Below are positions 9,781 through 17,772 of a DNA stretch of 64,000 nucleotides, in pieces. Made by a program: the position numbers and the translations under genes. Within the stretch, counting starts at the first letter, position 1. Every line of letters starts with the position of its first letter. The notes below the pieces were generated by a model. That model was given only the letters and a program-made list of their open reading frames with translations, had not been told where the DNA came from and made no database searches. The stretch covers positions 151,316 through 215,315 of the IMG/VR virus record IMGVR_UViG_3300030503_000315; one strand, written 5' to 3'.

Positions 9781-10233
9781 ATGTCCAGAACAAAACGTTG
9801 CAAAAACTATGTCGTGGAAAACAATACGACCTGGGATCGACGGGGTAAGAAGGTAGCTTTGGAGTATACGGAAGACGATACACCGTACGAAGAAACAGGG
9901 CGCATGGTCCAGACTACCTTTTACGAAATGGTGATGAGAGGTGGAGTCACCGATTGGGTTCCCAAGGTTGGACCGAAAAGGCCGGAACGTGTTGCCCGGA
10001 CGATCGAGTATCGTCCAATGGATAAGGGTGAACGTTGGTGGAAGGATCGCATGATGCATGGCGAATCTTCAACTGCTAACTCTCGTTCTCCTAGTCATTG
10101 GCATCGTCTCAACCGTCAGAAGCAAAACCGTTCGATCAACAAGCAAGAGATGTTGAAGTGGCTTAAAGCGAACGGTGAGTACGAACCCATGTTCGAAGAT
10201 AATCCCCGTGATTGTTGGTGGGATTGGTCCTGA
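9781..10233 (+). CDS. Hypothetical protein
   Basis: GGAGG upstream of the ATG. Confidence 0.7.
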   Translation: MSRTKRCKNYVVENNTTWDRRGKKVALEYTEDDTPYEETGRMVQTTFYEMVMRGGVTDWVPKVGPKRPERVARTIEYRPMDKGERWWKDRMMHGESSTANSRSPSHWHRLNRQKQNRSINKQEMLKWLKANGEYEPMFEDNPRDCWWDWS

Positions 10234-10287
10234 AAATAAGGAGGCTATCATGAGTACAATCTAATCTCTAAAGAAAGGAGATGTACT

Positions 10288-10599
10288 ATGAAAGCAAAAG
10301 CGTTTCACCACAAGGTAATAAGCTATGGTCCGGGCGGGTACAAGTGCCCGTGCTGCGGACCACACCCAAAGAAGCGTCAGGAAGAAAGACGCTTCTTGCG
10401 TCGTGCCTTCAATCGTGTCCTGGACGACATTGAGAAGGACGACGAAAGCAATATTGATTGGTATATGTTCCCGGAGTTCGATCAACATAACTTGTGGATC
10501 GAGGCAGAAGAGAACTATTACCAATGGCTCTTGAAAGAAGGCCTTCTCGAAGACGTGTGGTGGTACAAAGAATGGTTGAAGCAGCAAGAAGAGAAGTGA
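10288..10599 (+). CDS. Hypothetical protein (GPGGYKCPCC motif)
   Basis: AAAGGAG upstream. Confidence 0.7.
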   Translation: MKAKAFHHKVISYGPGGYKCPCCGPHPKKRQEERRFLRRAFNRVLDDIEKDDESNIDWYMFPEFDQHNLWIEAEENYYQWLLKEGLLEDVWWYKEWLKQQEEK

Positions 10600-10633
10600 A
10601 CGCCTTCCCTCCATCAATCTGTGTGGAAATCTC

Positions 10634-10856
10634 GGCCAGAGCGGGTTGGTGTCAGGGAAACTCCAAAGTTGACGAGCGTTAAGGAAGGACGCGCCTGATT
10701 CCTCGGTCAGGCAAGTAGCGCTGAGAGGTCCACTCGCGCTAAATCGTCAACAGCTCAACGCTGGGTGGTTACAGCCCTCCCTCTGTTGGCCCAGTGTACA
10801 GCCTGCGCTATCTACCCCCCATCAAGATTAGGTAGCGTGGGCTGTACATTTCTTTT
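10634..10856 (+). ncRNA. Candidate structured ncRNA (four-way junction plus terminator-like hairpin)
   Basis: Intergenic and GC-rich. Stem gttgacga/tcgtcaac encloses three hairpins. A 19-bp hairpin at 10795-10848 is followed by a U tract. Confidence 0.6.
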
Positions 10857-10908
10857 CCATAAGAAACAGTAAATATGTGTTGTTGTTCAACTTCATAAAG
10901 GACGTAGA

Positions 10909-11280
10909 ATGAATGCCAAGCAGGTGAAGAAGATTCGCAAAGACCTCTTCAAGGAAGGTATCGACATTGCGAGTATTGTGTACTGCCAAATCGGCGGTAA
11001 GGTTTCGCAAGGTCGCATGATGTACCAGAAGGCAAAGAAAGATGCCAAGGCCTCGCCGACTATACTATCGCCGTATGCTCCTTCTCACGGTGTTGGTGTT
11101 CCTTCGGAAGGTAAGGCCTCGAAGTTCAAGGGTTTCACGAAGAAGGGTGAGAAGTGGCGCGATAACTACGGCGACACTCACCTAATGTACGAGGAACGTC
11201 CTTACCGCCGCCTTGTCCGCGAACTCGAAGAATCGCAACGTGTAGCTAATAAGGCATTCTTGCCTAAGCAAGGAGACTAA
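10909..11280 (+). CDS. Hypothetical basic protein
   Basis: ORF track; follows an AGTAAATA motif. Confidence 0.65.
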   Translation: MNAKQVKKIRKDLFKEGIDIASIVYCQIGGKVSQGRMMYQKAKKDAKASPTILSPYAPSHGVGVPSEGKASKFKGFTKKGEKWRDNYGDTHLMYEERPYRRLVRELEESQRVANKAFLPKQGD

Positions 11281-11281
11281 G

Positions 11282-11650
11282 ATGCCCATTATCGCACTGT
11301 ATGACAACGTAATTATTCGTCGGATAGAATCCCCGAACACGACTGCGTCTGGTCTTATCATTTCTTCTACGTCATCCCCGGATCAATGGACAGGTGAAGT
11401 AGTTGCAACTGGTGAAGGAAAGATCCTTCAGGACGGATGTTTGTTCCCTCTAACCGTCAAAGAAGGTGATAAGGTTATCATCAGCACTAAGTCAGAGTAC
11501 CGTGCTCCTATATCGGTCGACGGTGAAGAACTTTACGCGTTCAAGGAACATGAACTAGTTGGTATCATCTATCCATATGGAACGGAATTGAATAATAGTT
11601 TCGGGATCGATGAAGAACTGGAAGACGAAGGGGAAGAGGAGGAAGAATGA
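11282..11650 (+). CDS. groES: Co-chaperonin GroES with acidic tail
   Basis: ALYDNVIIRR...TTASGLII...GEVVATGEG...PLTVKEGDKVI. Confidence 0.9.
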   Translation: MPIIALYDNVIIRRIESPNTTASGLIISSTSSPDQWTGEVVATGEGKILQDGCLFPLTVKEGDKVIISTKSEYRAPISVDGEELYAFKEHELVGIIYPYGTELNNSFGIDEELEDEGEEEEE

Positions 11651-11865
11651 CTACTACACAGGTAGTTTGTGATCTGCTAGAAATTCGTCGATCGCTGTTT
11701 ATGTGGAAGATGAACCTGGCAGCTGTGGATCGTTTGCTTCGTCACGTCGACTACGATACGACTACACTAGAGCAATACGACTTCAGCAAAGTCAACTACG
11801 AAGGCCAATCTGCGGGTTATCAGCGGGTAATCAAAGTTGACTTACTTGCTTTGTTGACCAAGTAA
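11647..11865 (+). CDS. Hypothetical protein
   Basis: ATGA overlap with groES. Confidence 0.6.
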   Translation: MTTTQVVCDLLEIRRSLFMWKMNLAAVDRLLRHVDYDTTTLEQYDFSKVNYEGQSAGYQRVIKVDLLALLTK

Positions 11866-11872
11866 GTAGTAA

Positions 11873-11948
11873 GGGCCGTTAGCTCATTGGTTAAGAGCCG
11901 GGTACTCATAATACTCAGGTGAAGGTTCGATTCCTTCACGGCCCACCA
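11873..11948 (+). tRNA. tRNA with CAT anticodon (probably Ile2, lysidine type; elongator Met not excluded)
   Basis: GGGCCGT/ACGGCCC; gggta-ctCATaa-tactc; CCA. G1-C72 is paired, so it is not an initiator. Confidence 0.9.
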
Positions 11949-11961
11949 ACGAAGGATTGCT

Positions 11962-12288
11962 ATGCCTTGGATACAAGAACCCTACGCTCCTCCTGCAACA
12001 CAGAAAGTCATATTCAACACCTACGATATAGATCAAGCGAACGTTTGGATGAGAATAATCCAGATGCATATCTGTGATGAGAAGTTAAGGAATAAGCCAG
12101 GAACTTTCGAGTTCGGACATATAACGTTGCACGACGTCATCCTTGTCTCATGCTGTACGGATCAGGAACCTTCTTATTTGGTTTCCAGATCTCCCAAGAC
12201 AGAGATTGAACTCGCGTTCATCCACTTCCCGGAAGAAAAGAAGGTTGAGAAGACAAACTTGCTGAGGTTGATCCATGAACCACGATAG
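11962..12288 (+). CDS. Hypothetical protein
   Basis: ORF track; AAGGA upstream. Confidence 0.6.
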   Translation: MPWIQEPYAPPATQKVIFNTYDIDQANVWMRIIQMHICDEKLRNKPGTFEFGHITLHDVILVSCCTDQEPSYLVSRSPKTEIELAFIHFPEEKKVEKTNLLRLIHEPR

Positions 12289-12511
12289 ACATCCTGTTCT
12301 TGTTTGGATCGGTGCCTACGCGGTTTGCGTGGTCTTTGCCATAGTAATGATATTCATTCTTGCGGTCATCCGTGGAGATTTTCCTTTTAAGGATAGGAGG
12401 CAGATGAGTATTCTTGCAGGATTTGTATTCACGCCGGGTTTGAATGTTCTGTACGGTATAGCTTGCATCCCATATATGTTCCTGGCCTTTGACAAGAAGA
12501 TCAAATCATGA
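12275..12511 (+). CDS. Small membrane protein
   Basis: Two hydrophobic segments. Confidence 0.6.
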   Translation: MNHDRHPVLVWIGAYAVCVVFAIVMIFILAVIRGDFPFKDRRQMSILAGFVFTPGLNVLYGIACIPYMFLAFDKKIKS

Positions 12512-12726
12512 TCCCGGTAGAAATTCGATGGAACCATCGAAGGAATATAAACGGTTTGATCTGGGATGGGGAAATTCATACTCTACCACTTATCGACCAT
12601 TTCATCTCAATTGAAGATGATGGTATAACTAAGAGGTATATAGTAGTTGATGTTGAGCATCAGTTGAAGCATGTAGCATTGCACGAAGAACAGAACGTTT
12701 ACATTTTTGTCAAATCTCATCCTTAG
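12508..12726 (+). CDS. Hypothetical protein
   Basis: ATGA overlap. Confidence 0.55.
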   Translation: MIPVEIRWNHRRNINGLIWDGEIHTLPLIDHFISIEDDGITKRYIVVDVEHQLKHVALHEEQNVYIFVKSHP

Positions 12727-12736
12727 TAAAACCAAT

Positions 12737-12824
12737 GCCCGGGTGGCGAAAACTGGTAGACGCATCTGGCTTAAGATCAGACGGATGAATATCCATGAGG
12801 GTTCAAGTCCCTCCTCGGGCACCA
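12737..12824 (+). tRNA. tRNA-Leu(TAA)
   Basis: GCCCGGG/CTCGGGC; tctgg-ctTAAga-tcaga; long variable arm; CCA. Confidence 0.95.
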
Positions 12825-12846
12825 CCTTACCTAACAGGAATTTCAA

Positions 12847-13260
12847 ATGAGCCTTAGCCTTCATTCTCAAACAATCAACATGAAGCGAACCGAGTTGATC
12901 CGTATTCTTGAGACCAACCTGGAGAAACACGTAGAAGAGTATAAGGAGGCGGTCATCAATTACCGTAAGGCATTGATGGTTGACCTGACGGAAGCTCTTC
13001 GCCAGGCTCAAGATGAGTCGTTCAATCTTAAAAAGATAAAGGTGGATTTTGTTCACCCGCAGTCACATGAATCGGATTACACTCGTGTTCTGAAGATGAT
13101 GCGCCTTTCGATTGACGACACTATCGAAATAGATAATCAAGCATACGACGCATACATCGAAGATGAATGGCAATGGAAGTCGCAATTCCGTCTGATGAAC
13201 TCAACCTACGCAACTAAGGCTGCAGTGTTTGAGTCAAGCGTAGGTGGAATGATTGAGTAA
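12847..13260 (+). CDS. Hypothetical helical protein, first of a pair upstream of the permuted-tRNA locus
   Basis: ORF track; PQSHESDY...LKMMRLS...YIEDEWQWK. Confidence 0.75.
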   Translation: MSLSLHSQTINMKRTELIRILETNLEKHVEEYKEAVINYRKALMVDLTEALRQAQDESFNLKKIKVDFVHPQSHESDYTRVLKMMRLSIDDTIEIDNQAYDAYIEDEWQWKSQFRLMNSTYATKAAVFESSVGGMIE

Positions 13261-13316
13261 GTAGCAAAAACATAATTATCATTTGTGACCCTTCGTTATA
13301 CCTAATAGGAAAAATC

Positions 13317-14114
13317 ATGGCAAAGCTACATGAAGTGCTGGCATCGGAAAAGACAGTTACAGCCGCACGCGATCATCTGCATGAAGACACTCAGACAAAG
13401 TTTAAGAAAGCCGATCAATACTTTACAGGTATGATTAAATCCCTTAAGATGATCGAAGACTCTCCGGAAGCGGAGGCTATTGAACAGGCAGCGAAGCAAG
13501 AGAAGGAACTCCCGACTACTCTAGTCACCACGATGGATTATTACCTTAGCTTCTGGGCTAAGGCAGAGAACCTCCTGTTTCAAAAGAACGTGACGAACAC
13601 CCAAGCAGTGACCAGTCTATTATTCCGAGGCTCACTGGTTGCTGATAATGTTCCGGTTGATGAGTTGATGGGACTAGAAGTACGCATTGGTGAATTGCGC
13701 AAACTAATTTTGGAAATGCCAACACTTGATGCTTCTAAGAATTGGGAGTTGGATTTGACTGCGCCGCAGGCTGGCACATGGAAAGCAACAAGCAATCAGG
13801 TAACGACCAAGACGGAGAAGGATGAAGTGACCGCAATTATTGTACCGGCAAATGATAAACATCCGGCACAGGTAAAGACGACCATCAAAGACAAGGTAGT
13901 TGGTAAGTTCACATTGCAGACTTCGTCAGGCGCGACCACTGCAATTCAGAAGGCAAACATGATTGCTGCGATGGACGATTTCCTTATCGAAGTCAAGACG
14001 GCTCGTACCCGGGCTAACTCTGTTGAGGTTGTTCCAGTTGACCCCATTGGGAATATCATCAAGGACATCCTCATGGCGTCACTGCTAGACGCACCCTCGA
14101 ACAATCAGGTGTGA
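13317..14114 (+). CDS. Hypothetical coiled-coil protein (MAKLHEVLASEK...), candidate partner of the downstream RNA
   Basis: 265-aa ORF with AGGA upstream; contains MPTLD and KHPAQV. Confidence 0.85.
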   Translation: MAKLHEVLASEKTVTAARDHLHEDTQTKFKKADQYFTGMIKSLKMIEDSPEAEAIEQAAKQEKELPTTLVTTMDYYLSFWAKAENLLFQKNVTNTQAVTSLLFRGSLVADNVPVDELMGLEVRIGELRKLILEMPTLDASKNWELDLTAPQAGTWKATSNQVTTKTEKDEVTAIIVPANDKHPAQVKTTIKDKVVGKFTLQTSSGATTAIQKANMIAAMDDFLIEVKTARTRANSVEVVPVDPIGNIIKDILMASLLDAPSNNQV

Positions 14115-14115
14115 C

Positions 14116-14232
14116 ATGAACTGGCCGATGGCTTTTGCAATTGTTGGAGTAGTAGCTGCAGTGATGTTTGGCTCAGCAGCAAACGATTATGTGGATAGCC
14201 CAAAGATAGCATGTACGCCGAATAGTAAATAA
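14116..14232 (+). CDS. Small membrane peptide (38 aa)
   Basis: MNWPMAFAIVGVVAAVMFG...; below the ORF-track cut-off. Confidence 0.45.
   Translation: MNWPMAFAIVGVVAAVMFGSAANDYVDSPKIACTPNSK
14224..14231 (+). promoter_or_regulatory. AGTAAATA promoter-like motif (representative copy)
   Basis: Recurs at gene boundaries: 2162, 8233, 10868, 14224, 17742, 18407, 27186, 33702, 43034; variants at 20926 and 39787. Confidence 0.65.
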
Positions 14233-14269
14233 GTGTTGAAGGATTGTTGAAGGATTGTTGTAGCAAAAC

Positions 14270-14565
14270 ATACAGGAACAGGAAGCGTTATCATCCTCGT
14301 TAGCATCCTCGCCTTACGTTGGTTCGAATCCAGCCAGGCGCGCCAAGAGTTCTGCTGTATGTATACTTCATAAGATTGACATTATCTGATTGAAGGAGAG
14401 GGCCGACGACTTCCGACAGCTCGCCCCTCATAATCCAGAAAACCTATTATGTTTCATAGCGAGTATGGAGTATGGTAGAATTCTTGACGCGCCTGTGACC
14501 CGAGAGGATAGGGCCCAGATTTCTAATCTGGTGTAGGCAATTATCGTTCTTGTATTACCTGTATG
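14270..14565 (+). ncRNA. Circularly permuted tRNA-Arg(TCT): 3' half 14311-14345 precedes 5' half 14489-14538
   Basis: T arm gttgg-ttcgaat-ccagc followed by CAGGCGC-G-CCA. Downstream come GCGCCTG, a D loop with GGATA, and ccaga-ttTCTaa-tctgg. The spacer forms a 17-bp acceptor extension, and an outer stem catacagg/cctgtatg closes the unit. Confidence 0.85.
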
Positions 14566-15227
14566 AGTTATCATAAGCAACTGCAGTATGAATCCCGTCG
14601 AGTTGCTGGCACACCCTACTGAATAGAGTGCCTAGCTAAAAATCAGAAGTCACGGGTTCGAATCCCGTCTCCGCCTCACTGTGTATTATGGTATGACAAG
14701 AAAAGAGAAACGAAACTTTATCCGAGCCAATATCCAGAAAATTGGTGAATGCTGGATCTGGCAATTGAAGACGGATAGAGATGGTTACGGTTGGTATTCC
14801 TACAAAGGAAAATTGCGCCGGGCTCATAGATCCTCGTTTCACGCTTTCAAGGGAAAGATTCCAAAAGGTCTTTCTGTCTGTCATACCTGCGACAATCCAA
14901 GCTGTGTGAGACCAAAACATCTGTTTGCGGGTACTCACAAACAAAACATGGAAGACATGGCAAAGAAGGGAAGATCTAATAAAGGCCGCCATGTTAATAC
15001 CGGAGAGGCTCACGGTTATTCCGTTCTGACTGAAGAACTAGTTCTGTACATAAGAAAGGTATGTGCGGGAGGTAAATCACAGAACTCTGTTGAAAGAGAA
15101 CTTGGTTTATCCTCTGGACTTGTTAACAAGGTGGTCAGAAGAAAGCTTTGGACGCACATTTAGTATACAGTGAGGCGGAGTATCTCAGTGGTAGAGGTCT
15201 GATTCTATTCCTTATCGTAACTAACTC
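14565..15227 (+). ncRNA. Second permuted tRNA-like (YrlA-topology) module: 3' half 14641-14676, 5' half 15174-15204, HNH gene in the acceptor loop
   Basis: aatcaga-agtc-acggg-ttcgaat-cccgt-CTCCGCC-T...GGCGGAG-ta-tctc-agtggta-gagg-tctgatt. 18-bp extended acceptor helix; outer stem gagtta..ataag/cttat..taactc. Confidence 0.8.
14693..15163 (+). CDS. HNH homing endonuclease (His-Cys type, C-terminal HTH)
   Basis: CWIW...DGYG...RAHR...VCHTCDNPSCVRPKHLFAGTHKQNMED. Confidence 0.92.
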   Translation: MTRKEKRNFIRANIQKIGECWIWQLKTDRDGYGWYSYKGKLRRAHRSSFHAFKGKIPKGLSVCHTCDNPSCVRPKHLFAGTHKQNMEDMAKKGRSNKGRHVNTGEAHGYSVLTEELVLYIRKVCAGGKSQNSVERELGLSSGLVNKVVRRKLWTHI

Positions 15228-15349
15228 GAATGTGGTGGAAAGTGTGGTTGGGATTAATATCCAAAGTTCCAGGCAGGAGTCGGATAAGACAAATGTTCTG
15301 GAACTTCCTAAAGAGTTTTCCACGAGAGCTCTTTAGAAAGACAAACAAG

Positions 15350-15380
15350 AAGGCTACCAATTTCGGTTGGTAGCCTTTTT
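15350..15380 (+). terminator. Intrinsic terminator closing the tRNA-like RNA locus
   Basis: Stem aaggctaccaa/ttggtagcctt followed by a T run. Confidence 0.9.
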
Positions 15381-15460
15381 CTATCTTCGCCTACAGGGTT
15401 TTGAGCAAATTTCATGGGGATTGTGTCGAGGACACGACACTGAAACCTAAGGAGCTTTCC

Positions 15461-16705
15461 ATGGCGTTACTCACACGTCTTTGCTCAACCTTGCTCACCC
15501 TGTACAGGAAGATCATGCATCGCTTTGAAACACCTAGCAACAATGCGCCCGTAGTCAAGAGGGACTATCCGCGCGTCCTTTTCGTACTTAAGTATCGAGA
15601 TGGATACAGTCCGTATTCTTACTCTGAGTCATCGGGATCGGGAGACTCCACCGGCTCTGGAGATTGGGGAGACGGCGGACCTAAACGTCCTCTTTCATCT
15701 GGCTTGTTCAACTCTGCCCGCATGGTTGTTGAAATGCTCGAGCAGAATCGCGTGCCGGTTAAGTTGGTTCATGTTATCGACAACAACTTCATCCACCGTG
15801 AGATCGTTGCGTTCAAACCTGACATTGTAGTCATCGAAGCCTTCTGGGTTGTTCCGGATAAGTTTGATGAGCTGCGTCGCGTTTGCCCGAATGTTACCTT
15901 CATTATCCGCAACCACTCTGAAGTCCCATTCCTGGCTCAGGAAGGCATCGCATTTGATTGGATGCTTCGCTATATCAAGAAGCCGAATGTAATCATGAGT
16001 GCCAATTCGCAGAGGATGAACAGAGAAACCCGCGAGCTCGCACTAGTTGCTAATCCGGACATGGACATCCTCGAAGTGACGAGGAAGACTCCGTACCTTC
16101 CTAACTACTATCAGATGCCGCAAGCATTGATGGGTGACGGTGGGTGCATTGATCCGGATAGTGACACTATAGATATCGGTTGCTTCGGTGCAGTTCGCCC
16201 CTTGAAGAATCAGTTGCTGCAAGCTATCGCAGCAATCGAATTCGCAAATCATTTGGGTAAGAAATTGCGTTTCCATATAAACGGCAAACGTATCGAGATG
16301 AATGGTGGACAGGTTATCAAGAATCTTGTTTCCCTGTTCTCACACTATCCACAGTATGAATTGGTTAACCACGCATGGATGCAACACTCGGAGTTCAAGG
16401 AGCTGATTGCCTCAATGGATATAGTGATGCAGGTGTCTTTCAGTGAGACGTTCAATATCGTTGCTGCGGATGCAATCAGCAATGGTGTTGTTACTATCAC
16501 TAGTCCTGAGATTCGTTGGAGCTCGCCACAACTTCAGGCGGATCCCACGAGTTCGGAAAGTATATTCGATACACTGGTCAAGGCTTGGTTACGTAAGGTC
16601 GAAAATCCTGATTGGAATCCTAATCTCGCGGGCTTGGTTCATTACAATAGTAAGTCGGTTGAAGTGTGGCTAGACTACCTGACAAATTTTCGAAAATCAA
16701 AGTAA
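15461..16705 (+). CDS. GT-B fold glycosyltransferase (GT4-like)
   Basis: IGCFGAVRPLKNQ and VSFSETFNIVAADA (Ex7E-like). AAGGAG precedes the ATG at 15461. Confidence 0.7.
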   Translation: MALLTRLCSTLLTLYRKIMHRFETPSNNAPVVKRDYPRVLFVLKYRDGYSPYSYSESSGSGDSTGSGDWGDGGPKRPLSSGLFNSARMVVEMLEQNRVPVKLVHVIDNNFIHREIVAFKPDIVVIEAFWVVPDKFDELRRVCPNVTFIIRNHSEVPFLAQEGIAFDWMLRYIKKPNVIMSANSQRMNRETRELALVANPDMDILEVTRKTPYLPNYYQMPQALMGDGGCIDPDSDTIDIGCFGAVRPLKNQLLQAIAAIEFANHLGKKLRFHINGKRIEMNGGQVIKNLVSLFSHYPQYELVNHAWMQHSEFKELIASMDIVMQVSFSETFNIVAADAISNGVVTITSPEIRWSSPQLQADPTSSESIFDTLVKAWLRKVENPDWNPNLAGLVHYNSKSVEVWLDYLTNFRKSK

Positions 16706-16726
16706 GGCATAGTAGGGGCAACCGAG

Positions 16727-17743
16727 ATGAAAACAAATTCCAGTACTCGACTTCAGGCTTCAGAAGGTTGGTGGGACGCCTTAACTTCCGAACAAAAGAA
16801 ACTGTACATAAAACAGCACCCGAACTCCAAGTATGCGAAAGATCCTATTGGTGAGGATGAAGAAGCACCGGAAGAAAAAGCTCCTGAGGAACACGAGGAA
16901 AGTCCGACTGAAGATACCCATGAGGAATCGGAAGAGAGTCATGAAGTCGAAGAGGTAAAGGACGAGCATCGCAAATCGGTTGCGGATACACTGCGTAAGC
17001 TGGGCCCGAAGGTCGCTAAAACCATCAAGCATAAGTTTGCTAAAATCGGTATAGCGGGCGCAGCACTCAAACGCATTGCAGCAGGACAAGAGCTAGAAGA
17101 GGAACACAAGGAGACACTACGTGAACTAGGTTCCTTCACCCTCAAAACATTGAGCTCTCACGTAACGGGTTCTCCAGAGTTAAGCAAGGTCATTGCTCGC
17201 GTGGGTACTACCGCGGTAGAGCATGCGATTGAGAAGTTCAAAGAACATAAAGAAAAGAGCGGCAAGGATGATATCGATACCTTCGTGGATGGTGTTGCGG
17301 AAGGGCTCGAGAAAGCAGAGGTAAAGAAGGACGACAAGGAAGAGACTTCGATCAAATCGATCGGCAACCATATCAAGAAATCAACGAACCATATCGTTGA
17401 TGTTTTAAACAAGTCGTTCCAACATATAAAACCTGCAACGGAAGGTCTGAAGAACCTGGTGCAGGGTAAGCCACTGGATGATGAGCATAAGGCCGCAATG
17501 AAAGGCTTAGGAAAAATTGCCCTAGCTACATCTGTCGCTACGCTGCCTGGTGGTCTTGCGGTACATATAACAGCTAGCATAGGTGGTGCCGCACTCATTC
17601 ATGCATTCAAGAAAATGAAGGCGTTCAAGTCTCAAGGGCATGAGCATGGTATCCTCCACCACTTTGTCGAGTCTATAGGTGAAGGCCTGGAAGATGCATT
17701 ACTTGAGCACGCAGCAGAAGGTCCTGAACACCTGCACGAATAG
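16727..17743 (+). CDS. Hypothetical protein with internal duplication, possibly virion-associated
   Basis: WWDALTSEQKKLYIKQHPNSKY; two copies of a unit ending FV(D/E)x(V/I)xEGLE. Confidence 0.75.
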   Translation: MKTNSSTRLQASEGWWDALTSEQKKLYIKQHPNSKYAKDPIGEDEEAPEEKAPEEHEESPTEDTHEESEESHEVEEVKDEHRKSVADTLRKLGPKVAKTIKHKFAKIGIAGAALKRIAAGQELEEEHKETLRELGSFTLKTLSSHVTGSPELSKVIARVGTTAVEHAIEKFKEHKEKSGKDDIDTFVDGVAEGLEKAEVKKDDKEETSIKSIGNHIKKSTNHIVDVLNKSFQHIKPATEGLKNLVQGKPLDDEHKAAMKGLGKIALATSVATLPGGLAVHITASIGGAALIHAFKKMKAFKSQGHEHGILHHFVESIGEGLEDALLEHAAEGPEHLHE

Positions 17744-17772
17744 TAAATACATAAAAAGGAGGGCCTACCTAC

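Noticed and set aside
14235-14260. Tandem gttgaaggatt repeat as a functional array
   Set aside because: Only about 2.4 copies; probably a slippage duplication in the RNA leader.
14641-15204. Group I intron or IscB/HEARO element around the HNH gene
   Set aside because: No P/Q/R/S core, the halves are in permuted rather than linear order, and the ORF has no RuvC motifs.
14270-15227. Two-piece permuted tmRNA
   Set aside because: Both modules have paired D arms and lack the Ala G3-U70 acceptor. One has a full Arg anticodon arm, and no tag reading frame was recognised.
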